A stretch of 64,000 nt of DNA from an uncultured Candidatus Entotheonella sp. GTDB taxonomy: Bacteria; Tectomicrobia; Entotheonellia; Entotheonellales; Entotheonellaceae. A model generated the notes under the pieces. That model searched no databases. It was given only the letters and a program-made list of their open reading frames with translations, and was not told where the DNA came from. The DNA is taken from the NCBI GenBank assembly GCA_965217185.1, contig OZ244252.1:352001-416000 (forward strand). Reading direction: 5' to 3'. Below, piece by piece: positions 37,666 to 46,984 of the stretch (positions are counted from its first letter, which is position 1; each line of letters opens with the position of its first letter). Made by a program: the position numbers and the translations under genes.

Positions 37666-38997
37666 ATGCGGCAAGAGGGGCATGATCGGCGGATAGACGA
37701 GAACGTGTGGCGGCCGGGGACGATTACCCGCCGGCGCTTTGTCGGGGTTGGGGCGGCGTCCGTGGCAGCCGCCGGAGCGCTCGGCGCCGCCATGCTGGTG
37801 CCGTCGCCGTGGCGTCAGGTGTTCGGGGCGGAGAAGCCGATCAAGGTCGGCGGCATTCAGCCACTGACGGGTCCCGCCGCCGGCGGCGGGCTGATGGCGA
37901 AGGTCGGACAGGAAGTCGCCGCCGAGCGCATCAATGCCGCAGGCGGTGTCAACGGACGCCCTATCGAACTGATCGTCGAAGACTCTGAAGGTAAGCCGGC
38001 CGCCGGCATCCGCAAAACCCGCAAGCTGCTCACCCGCGACCTCGTCGACGTGGGGCAGGGCGGCTTCATGAGCAACGTGTGCATCGCCTGCATGCCGGAA
38101 TACCGGCGCGCCCGCATCGTCAACATGATCGGCGTCTGCCTCGATACCACCATTACCACCTCGCGCTGCGACCGCTACACCTTTCGCCCCTTCGATTACG
38201 CCCCGGCGCAGGCGGTGGCCTTTGCGCCGTACCTGGTGAATAACATCGGCAAGAAATGGCACATTCTCTACGCCGATTACGCTTGGGGTCAAACGACCCG
38301 GGATGCCTACCGGGAGGGTATTGAGAACCTAGGCGGCGAAGTGGTCGGCGCCACCGGCATTCCGCTCGGCACGGCTGACATGGTGCCCTTTCTCAGCAGG
38401 ATCAGGGGCGATTTCGACGGCCTGTTCATGATCTTTTTCGGCAAGGACGGCGTCAACGCAGTCACCCAGGCGTACAACCTGGGTCTGCACAACAAGTACC
38501 GTTTCGCCGGCGACGGCGCCGCGGTGGTGGCCGGCACCAATCTCCCGGCACAGCGGGAGAAGGCGCTGGGATTCGTCGGCATCGACCGCTATCTGCCGAT
38601 CTTCCAGGGACCGCTCGATACCGAACACCACAGGAAGTTTTTCGACGCCGTGTTCGAGCAATCGAAGCAATACGACTCCAACGGCATCCTGCCCGACCGC
38701 TACAGTCAATCGAACTTTGAAGCCCTGAACGTCCTGAAGGTCGGCATGGAAGCATGCGATTTCCGCGGCCGTGAGGATACCGAAAAGCTCGTCGAGGCCT
38801 TGGAGGGTCTGCAAGTGTACGCCGGGGACGATTTTCCCACCGGCGATAGGCTGCTGCGCAAGGCCGACCACCAAGCCTTCACCAACGAGTACATCTTCGA
38901 GGTGGTGCAGGGTGACGGCGATACCTACCAGCCCAAGGTGCTGCAAGTCGTGCCGTGGCAGGACACGATCGTGCCGCCGGCGTGTCAGTTTGCTTGA
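37666..38997 (+). CDS. Branched-chain amino acid ABC transporter substrate-binding protein (Tat-exported)
   Basis: TRRRFV Tat motif, PIKVGGIQPLTG, INAAGGVNGRPIELIVED, YADYAWG. Confidence 0.9.
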   Translation: MRQEGHDRRIDENVWRPGTITRRRFVGVGAASVAAAGALGAAMLVPSPWRQVFGAEKPIKVGGIQPLTGPAAGGGLMAKVGQEVAAERINAAGGVNGRPIELIVEDSEGKPAAGIRKTRKLLTRDLVDVGQGGFMSNVCIACMPEYRRARIVNMIGVCLDTTITTSRCDRYTFRPFDYAPAQAVAFAPYLVNNIGKKWHILYADYAWGQTTRDAYREGIENLGGEVVGATGIPLGTADMVPFLSRIRGDFDGLFMIFFGKDGVNAVTQAYNLGLHNKYRFAGDGAAVVAGTNLPAQREKALGFVGIDRYLPIFQGPLDTEHHRKFFDAVFEQSKQYDSNGILPDRYSQSNFEALNVLKVGMEACDFRGREDTEKLVEALEGLQVYAGDDFPTGDRLLRKADHQAFTNEYIFEVVQGDGDTYQPKVLQVVPWQDTIVPPACQFA

Positions 38998-39021
38998 ACC
39001 CGGACGCGCTAGCGAGGCGGC

Positions 39022-39768
39022 ATGAGCGACAGCACCCACCCCTTGATCACCGAAAAACTGACCATGCACTTCGGCGGTTTGGCGGCCCTGGAGGACATCG
39101 ATCTGGTCGTCGAGCGGGGCACCACGCACGCCATCATTGGCCCCAACGGCGCCGGCAAGAGCACTTTCTTCAACTGCCTGACGGGCCTGCTGCGTCCGAC
39201 CAGCGGGCGTGTCCTGCTAGAGGGTCGGGACATCACGGGCCTGCCGCCGGAACGCATTTCGCAGCGCGGCGTAGCGCGCTCTTATCAGATCACCAATATC
39301 TTTCCCGGCTCCACCTGCCTGGAGAACATTCGCGTTGCCGTGCAGTCGCGCCAGCCCACCTCGTCGTTCCTGCGGCATCACCGCGCCGATGCGGCTACCT
39401 TGGAGGGCGCGGCGGGAATCATCGAGACCATCGGCCTGGGCGGCAAGGAGGACGTGATGGCCGCCAGCCTTTCCCACGGCGAACAGCGCAATCTGGAGAT
39501 CGGCATCGCCCTGGCGACCGAACCCACGTTGCTCTGCCTGGACGAGCCGACCGCCGGCATGAGCGCCTCGGAAACCCGCGAGATTATGGAGTTGATTCGC
39601 CGCATCGGCGCCAGCCTGACGATTCTCATCGTCGAGCACGACATGCAGGTCGTCATGAGCCTCGCGCAGCGCATCACGGTTCTGGATTACGGCCAGGTTC
39701 TGGCGCAGGGTACGCCCGACGAAATCCAGGCCAACCCGCAGGTGCAGGAAGCCTACCTGAAGATGTGA
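39022..39768 (+). CDS. ABC ATP-binding protein (LivG-like)
   Basis: GPNGAGKS, LSHGEQR, LDEPTAG, VEHDM. Confidence 0.93.
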   Translation: MSDSTHPLITEKLTMHFGGLAALEDIDLVVERGTTHAIIGPNGAGKSTFFNCLTGLLRPTSGRVLLEGRDITGLPPERISQRGVARSYQITNIFPGSTCLENIRVAVQSRQPTSSFLRHHRADAATLEGAAGIIETIGLGGKEDVMAASLSHGEQRNLEIGIALATEPTLLCLDEPTAGMSASETREIMELIRRIGASLTILIVEHDMQVVMSLAQRITVLDYGQVLAQGTPDEIQANPQVQEAYLKM

Positions 39769-39775
39769 GGGAGCC

Positions 39776-40483
39776 ATGCTGAAGTTGCAGGACGTCCAGG
39801 CGTTCTACGGCAAGAGCCACGTGCTGCACGGCGTCAGCCTGGAAGTGGAGGACGGCCAGGTCGTCGGGCTGCTGGGGCGCAACGGGGTGGGGAAGAGCAC
39901 TACCCTGAAAGCCATCATGGGTCTGGTGGCCGTCCAGAGCGGCTCGATCACCTTTGCCGGCAACGACCTGCACCGGCAGAAAGCCTACCGGATTCCCCGC
40001 CTCGGTATTGGCTACGTGCCCGAGGACCGGCGCATCTTTCCCCGGCTGACCGTGCTGGACAACCTGCGGACCGGGTTTGACCGCCAGGGCGCCTCCGCTG
40101 CGCGCACGCAGCAGTTGCTTGAACAGGCGTACGCGAGTTTTCCGCGCCTCAAGGAGCGCCAGCGGCAACTTGCCGGCACCCTGTCCGGCGGCGAGCAGCA
40201 GATGCTGGCCATCGCCCGGGCCATGATGCTCGACCCGAAGATCATCCTGCTGGACGAGCCTACCGAGGGCCTCATGCCGCGCTTGGTGGGACAGATTCGA
40301 GAAATTATCGATGTCTTGCGTCAAGCCAACGTGTCGATTCTGCTGGTGGAGCAGAACGTGCCCATGACCTTGGCCGTCAGCGACCGTGTGTATCTCATGG
40401 AGCGCGGCGCCATCCGCCATGAGGCGCCGGCGAGCGAGCTTTCCGTGGACGACGACGTAATCCACAAGTACTTGGGGGTGTAG
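39776..40483 (+). CDS. ABC ATP-binding protein (LivF-like)
   Basis: GRNGVGKS, LSGGEQQM, LDEPTEG, VEQN. Confidence 0.93.
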   Translation: MLKLQDVQAFYGKSHVLHGVSLEVEDGQVVGLLGRNGVGKSTTLKAIMGLVAVQSGSITFAGNDLHRQKAYRIPRLGIGYVPEDRRIFPRLTVLDNLRTGFDRQGASAARTQQLLEQAYASFPRLKERQRQLAGTLSGGEQQMLAIARAMMLDPKIILLDEPTEGLMPRLVGQIREIIDVLRQANVSILLVEQNVPMTLAVSDRVYLMERGAIRHEAPASELSVDDDVIHKYLGV

Positions 40484-40485
40484 GG

Positions 40486-41358
40486 ATGAGCGAATTGTTT
40501 CAGGACCTGGTGGTGCAGATGCTCATCGGCATTTCCACCGGCTTGATCCTGGCCTTGGTGGCGTCCGGCCTGACCCTCATTTTCGGCATCATGGACGTGG
40601 TGAACTTCGCGCACGGCGAGTTGTTCATGCTGGGCGCCTACATGGGCTGGGTGTTTTTCACCATGACCGGCAGTTTCTGGCTGGGTCTGGCTGCCGCGGG
40701 GTTGTGCGTCTTCGTCTTCGGCCTGATCATGCAGCGCAGCGCGCTGCGCTCGCTCATCGGCAGCGACCCGCTCACCACCATCCTGGCGACCTTTGGGATC
40801 AGCTTGGTCCTGCAGACGGCCGCCATCTGGATCTGGGGGCCGACCGTGCGCCGGGTCGGGGCCGCGATCACGGGTCACATCGTGGTCTTCCACCTGCAGT
40901 TTCCCGTCTACCGCCTCCTGGTTGCCGTTCTGTCCCTCGCCATCATTGGCGGTTTGTGGTTGTTCATGCACCGCGGGCGCTTCGGGCTGTGGATTCGCGC
41001 CACCACTCAGGACCGTCAGATGGCCCTGGCCATGGGCATACCCGTGCCGCTCGTGCACACCGTGGTGTTCGGCATCGGCGCGGCCATGGCGGCCGTGAGC
41101 GGGTACTTGTACGCGCCGATCCTGGGCGTCGACCCGACTATGGGCGTCAACAATATCCTGCGGGCCTTCATCATCGTCGTCGTGGGCGGCATGGGCAATC
41201 TGTGGGGATCGGTGCTCGCCGCAGTTTTCATCGGTGTGCTGGAGGCGCTGGCCGTCATCTGGGTCAGCCCGGCGCTGGCGGTCATTTTCTCCTTTGCCGC
41301 GCTGATCGTAACCCTGCTGGTCCGCCCCACGGGCCTGTTCGCGACGGTGCCGCGTTAA
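40486..41358 (+). CDS. Branched-chain ABC permease (LivH-like)
   Basis: GLTLIFGIMDVVNFAHGE, VVVGGMG, VRPTGLF. Confidence 0.92.
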   Translation: MSELFQDLVVQMLIGISTGLILALVASGLTLIFGIMDVVNFAHGELFMLGAYMGWVFFTMTGSFWLGLAAAGLCVFVFGLIMQRSALRSLIGSDPLTTILATFGISLVLQTAAIWIWGPTVRRVGAAITGHIVVFHLQFPVYRLLVAVLSLAIIGGLWLFMHRGRFGLWIRATTQDRQMALAMGIPVPLVHTVVFGIGAAMAAVSGYLYAPILGVDPTMGVNNILRAFIIVVVGGMGNLWGSVLAAVFIGVLEALAVIWVSPALAVIFSFAALIVTLLVRPTGLFATVPR

Positions 41359-41373
41359 GGAAGAGGAGAGACG

Positions 41374-42363
41374 GTGGCAGCAGAGACTCACATGGCCGGT
41401 ACACGGAGCGCCGAAAAGCCCGGATTCTGGATCGCCTTCCTCGTGGTGGTGGTGGTGCTGGCCGTGGCGCCCCTGTGGTTTCCGAACAGCTTCTGGCAAC
41501 GGCTGCTCACCGAGGTGCTGATCCTCGGCCTTCTGGCCATGTCGTCCGACCTGTTGATCGGCTACGTCGGCATGGTGTCCTTTGGCCACGCGCTGTTCTT
41601 CGGCACCGGCTGCTACGGCGCCGCCTACGCCCTGATGTGGACGGAATCCCCACTCGCCCTGTGGCTGGCGCTGCTTCTGGGCCTCGTGGGGGCGGGCGTC
41701 ATGGGCGTCTTCGTTGCCTTCTATTCCACCCGCCTGCGCGACATCTATTTCTCCATCACCACGCTGGTTTTTGCGCAGATTTTCTGGGTCATCGTCTTCA
41801 CCTGGACTGACGTTACCGGCGGTGAAAACGGCCTCGTGTTCAGTCCGCCGCGGCTGTCGTTCCTGGGTCTGTTTGCGGCCGAGTTCACGACGATGTCGAT
41901 GCACTGGTTCGTGCTGGCGGTGGTGGCGCTGTGTTACGTGTTCTGCCGCCGCGTCACCCAATCGCCGTTCGGCAAGGTCTTGCAGGCCATCCGCGAAAAC
42001 GAGCCCCGCACGCGGGCCATCGGCTACAACGTCGAGCGCCACAAGATGGGCATGGTCATGCTCTCGGCGCTGGTCGCCGGGCTGTCCGGGGCGCTGTACG
42101 GCATCTTCAACGCCTACGCGGCGCCGGATTACTTTTTCTTCCTGCAATCCGGCGAAACCGTGATCTACAACGTGCTGGGCGGTATCGGCACACTGGCCGG
42201 ACCTGTCCTCGGCGCCGGAGTGTTCGTGCTGCTCAAGGAACTGTTCAGTACGTACTGGAGTTCCGAGTACTACCTGATTCCCGTTGGCCTGTTGTTCACG
42301 GCCATGGTGATTTACATGCCGCAAGGGCTGTTGGGCTTTCTGCGGCATAAGCTCAATACGTAG
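41374..42363 (+). CDS. Branched-chain ABC permease (LivM-like)
   Basis: GMVSFGHALFFG, TGGENG, AIRENE, LGGIGT. Confidence 0.92.
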   Translation: MAAETHMAGTRSAEKPGFWIAFLVVVVVLAVAPLWFPNSFWQRLLTEVLILGLLAMSSDLLIGYVGMVSFGHALFFGTGCYGAAYALMWTESPLALWLALLLGLVGAGVMGVFVAFYSTRLRDIYFSITTLVFAQIFWVIVFTWTDVTGGENGLVFSPPRLSFLGLFAAEFTTMSMHWFVLAVVALCYVFCRRVTQSPFGKVLQAIRENEPRTRAIGYNVERHKMGMVMLSALVAGLSGALYGIFNAYAAPDYFFFLQSGETVIYNVLGGIGTLAGPVLGAGVFVLLKELFSTYWSSEYYLIPVGLLFTAMVIYMPQGLLGFLRHKLNT

Positions 42364-42407
42364 CGCTGCGGTCGCAGGACGATGCCGGCGCGGAGGAGGG
42401 AAGGGTT

Positions 42408-43595
42408 ATGATCAGCAAATTCGACAGCTTATACGCCGGGCACGTGGACATGGACAACGTCGGCTACGGCGGCACTGCAGTGAACGACCGGCGGTTTTCC
42501 AACGAGTACTTGGTGACCACGTACGACAAGGCGCAGGCCATCGCGCAGGTGATGGACCAGCAGGGGTACGACACTCTTTGGATGGCCGAGCACCATTTTC
42601 AGCCCGAGGGCTACGAATGCATCCCGAACGTTCTGATGCTGGCGCTGCATCTGACGCACCTGACACAGCGCCTGCGCATCGGCTGCGGCTTCAACATCGC
42701 CCCCATGTGGCACCCTCTGCGCCTGGCCGAGGATTTCGCCACCGCCGACGTGCTAACCGGCGGGCGGGTCATCTTTGGCGTCGGGCGCGGCTATCACACC
42801 CGCGAGATCGAAACGTTCGGCTCGCCGCTGCTCGATCAGGCGGCCAACCGCGAGCTGTTCGAGGAGCAGGTCGAGATCATCCTCAAATCCTTCAAGGAGG
42901 AGTCTTTCTCGCACCGCGGCAAGAATTACACGCTGCCGCCCAACGTCCCGTATCGCGGCTACGAACTGAAGGAACTCACGCTGGTGCCGCGTCCGCTGCG
43001 GCAACCCGTCGAGTGCTGGCAGCCGATTCAGAGCGCCAGCCAGCGCGCCCTGGGCTTCATGGCCAAGCACGGCATCAAGGGGATTATCGGCGGCGGCGTA
43101 GCCGAAGGCGGCGCCATGCACAAAGTCGTCGAGGCGTACCGCGATGCTGTCGTCCGCACCGGCCGCGACGTCGAACTCGGCACCGACCTGAGCTTCGGCT
43201 TCCATTTCCACCTCGCCCCGACGCGCGAGCAGGCCATCCGGGAAGCCGCGCCCTGGTTTGAGGAAAACCTCAAGATGTTCGGCCCCCTGCGCCTCGTCCG
43301 CGCCCTCAGTGACCAGCAAATCGCCGATATGGGTGATCCCGCCAAAGCGCCCACTGCCGGCCTCCCAAGCCTCCAACAAGCCGTCGATGCCAGCGGCTTT
43401 TTCTGCGGCCCGCCTGACCTCATCATCGAGCAGCTTCAGGCCGTCGAAGCCCGCTACCCCGGCGTCGAACGGGTCAGCGTCAGCCACCCCGTCGGCACCC
43501 CGCAGCAGGTCATCGTGGAGCAACTGGAGTGGTTCGCGCGCGACGTCATGCCGGCCTTCAAGGACCGCGAATCGGCACTGGCCCCGGCCGATTAA
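42408..43595 (+). CDS. LLM-class flavin-dependent oxidoreductase
   Basis: WMAEHHF, HPLRLAEDFAT, GVGRGY. Confidence 0.9.
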   Translation: MISKFDSLYAGHVDMDNVGYGGTAVNDRRFSNEYLVTTYDKAQAIAQVMDQQGYDTLWMAEHHFQPEGYECIPNVLMLALHLTHLTQRLRIGCGFNIAPMWHPLRLAEDFATADVLTGGRVIFGVGRGYHTREIETFGSPLLDQAANRELFEEQVEIILKSFKEESFSHRGKNYTLPPNVPYRGYELKELTLVPRPLRQPVECWQPIQSASQRALGFMAKHGIKGIIGGGVAEGGAMHKVVEAYRDAVVRTGRDVELGTDLSFGFHFHLAPTREQAIREAAPWFEENLKMFGPLRLVRALSDQQIADMGDPAKAPTAGLPSLQQAVDASGFFCGPPDLIIEQLQAVEARYPGVERVSVSHPVGTPQQVIVEQLEWFARDVMPAFKDRESALAPAD

Positions 43596-43704
43596 GGCGT
43601 ATTGGTGTAGCGAGTCCGGCGTCGTCGGAATAAGGCACGCAGGGAGGGAGATGGGCGCGAGGCTGTGACAAAGGAGCGCGCGAGTGTCGGTACCCGGTCT
43701 GTAT

Positions 43705-43952
43705 AACCCCCCCCCAACCCCTCCCTCCTTGTCAGGGGGGGGCTCTGAGGTGTTGTGCCGACTTTCCGGGCGGCCAAAATGGAGGTTGTCCTGATAGTTC
43801 GAGGTCTTCAAAATTGCCCCTTCCCTTGACGAGAGGGGAAAGGGGGCGCTTTGAGGCGTTGTCTCGATAATCCGGGATTTCAGTATGGGAAGCTGTCATG
43901 ACGGTCGGAGGTCTTCCGGATTTCTCCCCTGACAAGGGGGGAAAGGGGGGTT
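43705..43952. repeat. Cluster of C-run/G-run palindromic repeats (CCCCTGACAAGGGGG core)
   Basis: Three related units at about 43705-43745 (inverted), 43816-43848 and 43924-43952. Confidence 0.65.
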
Positions 43953-44353
43953 ATGTCCCCTACAACAAGTCCTTAACCGACAAGGCACGTCAAAATCGCA
44001 CAAACCCAACCCCGGCGGAGCGAAAGCTCTGGTTCGAGGTTCTGCGAGATAAGCGGTTCAATCATTTGAAGTTCATCCGCCAGAAACCGCTGGGCGAGTA
44101 CATCGTCGACTTTTATTGCACTGAACGTATGCTGGCCATTGAAATAGATGGTGACAGTTACGACGCGCAGCAACGACAGGACGAAACCAGAACCCGCAGG
44201 TTGAATGCCCTGGGCATTGAGGTCATTCGTTACACGAACGCGGAGACCATGAACAATCTCGAGGGCGCGTATGAAAACCTGCTGACACGCGTGACGGAAG
44301 GAAGAAAAACCTGCGACGGCCCTTCTGGCACCCGTTATTCACGGCGGAAATGA
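43898..44353 (+). CDS. DUF559 / Vsr-like endonuclease domain protein
   Basis: ARQNRTNPTPAERKLW, FIRQKPLGEYIVDFYC, AIEIDG, VIRYTN. Confidence 0.85.
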   Translation: MTVGGLPDFSPDKGGKGGYVPYNKSLTDKARQNRTNPTPAERKLWFEVLRDKRFNHLKFIRQKPLGEYIVDFYCTERMLAIEIDGDSYDAQQRQDETRTRRLNALGIEVIRYTNAETMNNLEGAYENLLTRVTEGRKTCDGPSGTRYSRRK

Positions 44354-44375
44354 GGGCAGGTCCGATGCTTCCTCC

Positions 44376-44900
44376 TCAGTGCTCCACCAAAATCTCGACG
44401 CACTGGGCGACGGCCTCTCTGGCTTTGGCGCGCAGAACGGTGTCGTCGTTGTTACTGATGGGGTGGGGGATGACGGCGAAGGGGAAGGCGGGCATGCCGG
44501 TGGCGCGGGCCATGGCTTTGGCGGTGGCGGTGAAGCGGTCGGTCATGATGGCGGTAGCGGCGATGCCGGCTTTGCGGGCGGTGACGGCGTCATGCAGACT
44601 GCATGAGGAGCAACTGCCTCAATCGCCGACGGCGGAAATGACGGCGTCGGCGGCTTGCATCTCGGCGGTGACGTCGGCTGGCGTCGGGCGGCTGGCGTCG
44701 GGTTTCTTGAGGCGGATGACACGGGCGACGCCGTGCTCGGCGCGCAGAATGTCTTCCACGTGGTCGAGCAATTCGCGGACGCGGATTTTGCCGTTGTCCA
44801 GCAACCCGACGGTCCGTCCCTGAAGCGAGGTCAGATGGGCGGCATGGGTTGTTTCAGCGGCGATATCCTCGGCCGTGGGGTCGAGAACTTGCAGAGACAT
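44376..44900 (-). CDS. UGSC-family selenoprotein (174 aa, TGA read as Sec)
   Basis: GLLDNGK...SAVGD-TGA(44619-44621)-GSCSSCSLHD...VIPHP; frame open to TGA at 44376; perfect 7-bp hairpin at 44590-44606. Confidence 0.88.
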
Positions 44901-44918
44901 GGGCGGTAGCTCCCCGGT

Positions 44919-45968
44919 TCAGGGTGAATCAATCGTCTGGGTGACGGCCTGCGCTTTGGAGCCGAGCCACGGCGGGATGACGCTCCCGAACCCGCCAGCG
45001 GGTCCGCCGGCCGCCACGACGAGCAGGTCGTCCGCGGTGCGCAGGGCGGTGAATTCCTGGTCGGGGCCACCGCTGCGGTTGACGATATTAGCCTTGCCCA
45101 CCGTCGCCCATTGCCGCCGTAGCACCCGCGCGGCGCGGAAGACGTACTCGCGCACGTCGCTTTTCTGCCAATCGGCGGCAACAAGCAACTCCCGCAGTTG
45201 TTTCGGAATGACCAGGAAGTAGCTGCCGGACCACACCGAATACGTCAGCATGTTATGCCGCATCTCAGCGGCGAAGGTGTCGAGAATTTCCTCCGGGTCG
45301 TGCGTCCACTCGTTCATGATCTGACGCGGCGGCGCTACGGACATCACGGTAACCGCGGATGCGCCTGTCGGTACGCCGCGCTCCTGCGCCAACGGCAGCC
45401 ACGGACTGTCCTCCTCGTCTTCGGCGATGCAGAAGGCGAACTTGCCCGGATGTCCAAGGGTCGAGCGGTCGAGTTGGCCGGGCACGCAGTCGAGGAGATT
45501 GATCAGCACCAGCCGCACGGTGCGGCCGATGGTGGCGTTGGCACGGTTGCCGTTGGCGAGCACGTTGTGCGTGGCGTTCATGCCGATGGCGCCGCGTACC
45601 GGGCCATTGACCACGATGAAGGGCGCGCTGCCCCCCGTGCTCGCCGTGCTGCCGTGCATGTTGAACCGTTCCTGGCACATGGCCCGCAGCACCGCGGCCA
45701 CCACCGGCATGTAATCCGGCCGGCATCCCGCCATCACGGCGTTGATCGCCACCTTCTCGGCGGTTAGCGGGCGTTGCCGCACACACTCTACGCCGATCAC
45801 GTCGTCCGCATCCAGACCAGCCGCTTCCAAGAAGGCCGCAACGCGTTCCGCGGTCGGCGGCACGATGGGCAGGCCGTCGGTCCAGTCCCGTTCCTGATAG
45901 AACTCGTTGGCTTCAAATGCGTCAGCCACATCGTAGGTGGCCGCTTGCAGTTGAGTGGGGTGTGTCAT
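44919..45968 (-). CDS. Conserved hypothetical protein, partner of the UGSC protein
   Basis: WTDGLPIVPPT, EKVAINAVMAGC, NRANATIGR, AEDEE; ends 18 bp upstream of the UGSC gene. Confidence 0.8.
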   Translation of the reverse strand: MTHPTQLQAATYDVADAFEANEFYQERDWTDGLPIVPPTAERVAAFLEAAGLDADDVIGVECVRQRPLTAEKVAINAVMAGCRPDYMPVVAAVLRAMCQERFNMHGSTASTGGSAPFIVVNGPVRGAIGMNATHNVLANGNRANATIGRTVRLVLINLLDCVPGQLDRSTLGHPGKFAFCIAEDEEDSPWLPLAQERGVPTGASAVTVMSVAPPRQIMNEWTHDPEEILDTFAAEMRHNMLTYSVWSGSYFLVIPKQLRELLVAADWQKSDVREYVFRAARVLRRQWATVGKANIVNRSGGPDQEFTALRTADDLLVVAAGGPAGGFGSVIPPWLGSKAQAVTQTIDSP

Positions 45969-46050
45969 GGCTGAATCCTCAAGTCACCGCACCGGGGATT
46001 GGGATATTCAAGCGGGGAGTCAAACCAGATACGAAATGGGCGAGCGGGAA

Positions 46051-46824
46051 TCAGTGGTGCTCTTTGAGGGTATCGGCGCGCAGGCCGTTGCGGAGCGTCT
46101 CGACGGGGATGACTTCGGAGGGGGGGATGTTGCCGACGTTGACGTGATTGCCGTAGTGCTGGAAAAACCACGTCTGCTGCTTTTTCTGCGGGGTTTCAAA
46201 GATGAGGTTCTGCAGGCCGATGGCGCGAACGATCTGATCGACTTCCTGCGACTGCACGTCGCCCTCGGCGTCGAACACGCCGACGGTGCCGGTTTCCCGG
46301 CCTTCGATGATGACCTTCCACGCGCCAGCCTTGAGTTCGGCTCTGGCCTGGGCGATGCGTTCATCAACGCTGATCTCACTGTCCTCGCACGGGGATTTCT
46401 TGCCGATTTCGGACAAGACACATAGCTGGTGCGCCCTGGCTTGGCGGATTAGGCACAGCTTGGTCTCGTGCGGCATCGCCACGGTGCCGTCCGAGATTTC
46501 AACGCAGGTAAAGCCGAGCTGCTTGATCTCCGTTAAGAATTCCGCCACGCAGTTCTGAGCAACGGCTACCTCCATCAAAGTGCCGCCGGGGCAAACGTAA
46601 ACCTCGTTGTCGTGCAAGATGCGGATCTTGTCGCGCAACCGTTCGGCAGTGAACAACTGCGACGTGCCCCAGCCGAATTTGACGATATCGATGTAGGGCG
46701 CGGCGTCCGCCATGAAATCTTCCAGTTGCATTACCCCCAGGCCCTTGTCGAGAACGGAAGTCAATCCCTGTTCACGCGGTTTCTTCGTTCGGATGGGGAG
46801 GGAGATACAGTCATAGGCGTGCAT
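46051..46824 (-). CDS. comA: Phosphosulfolactate synthase
   Basis: KPREQGLTSVLDKG, KFGWGT, GGTL, EISDG, SEIGKK, EGRE, FETP, ETLRNGLRADT. Confidence 0.92.
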   Translation of the reverse strand: MHAYDCISLPIRTKKPREQGLTSVLDKGLGVMQLEDFMADAAPYIDIVKFGWGTSQLFTAERLRDKIRILHDNEVYVCPGGTLMEVAVAQNCVAEFLTEIKQLGFTCVEISDGTVAMPHETKLCLIRQARAHQLCVLSEIGKKSPCEDSEISVDERIAQARAELKAGAWKVIIEGRETGTVGVFDAEGDVQSQEVDQIVRAIGLQNLIFETPQKKQQTWFFQHYGNHVNVGNIPPSEVIPVETLRNGLRADTLKEHH

Positions 46825-46984
46825 TTCAACTCTCCTTGGTTAACGGATGCCGCAGATGGTTGGCCATGCATCCCTATTCGCATTGCAACGCATTGCAACG
46901 ACTTGTTCAGGACCGTCCTTAGCACCTCCGAATTTTGGCGTGTCCGGCCAGTAGACCACATTCCAGCCCTCATGTCGAGCCCGC

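Noticed and set aside
40321..42348. Long antisense and overlapping ORFs (e.g. 675 aa at 40321-42348, 463 aa at 6013-7404, 515 aa at 55723-57270)
   Set aside because: Shadow ORFs of well-supported genes in high-GC DNA; no recognisable motifs.
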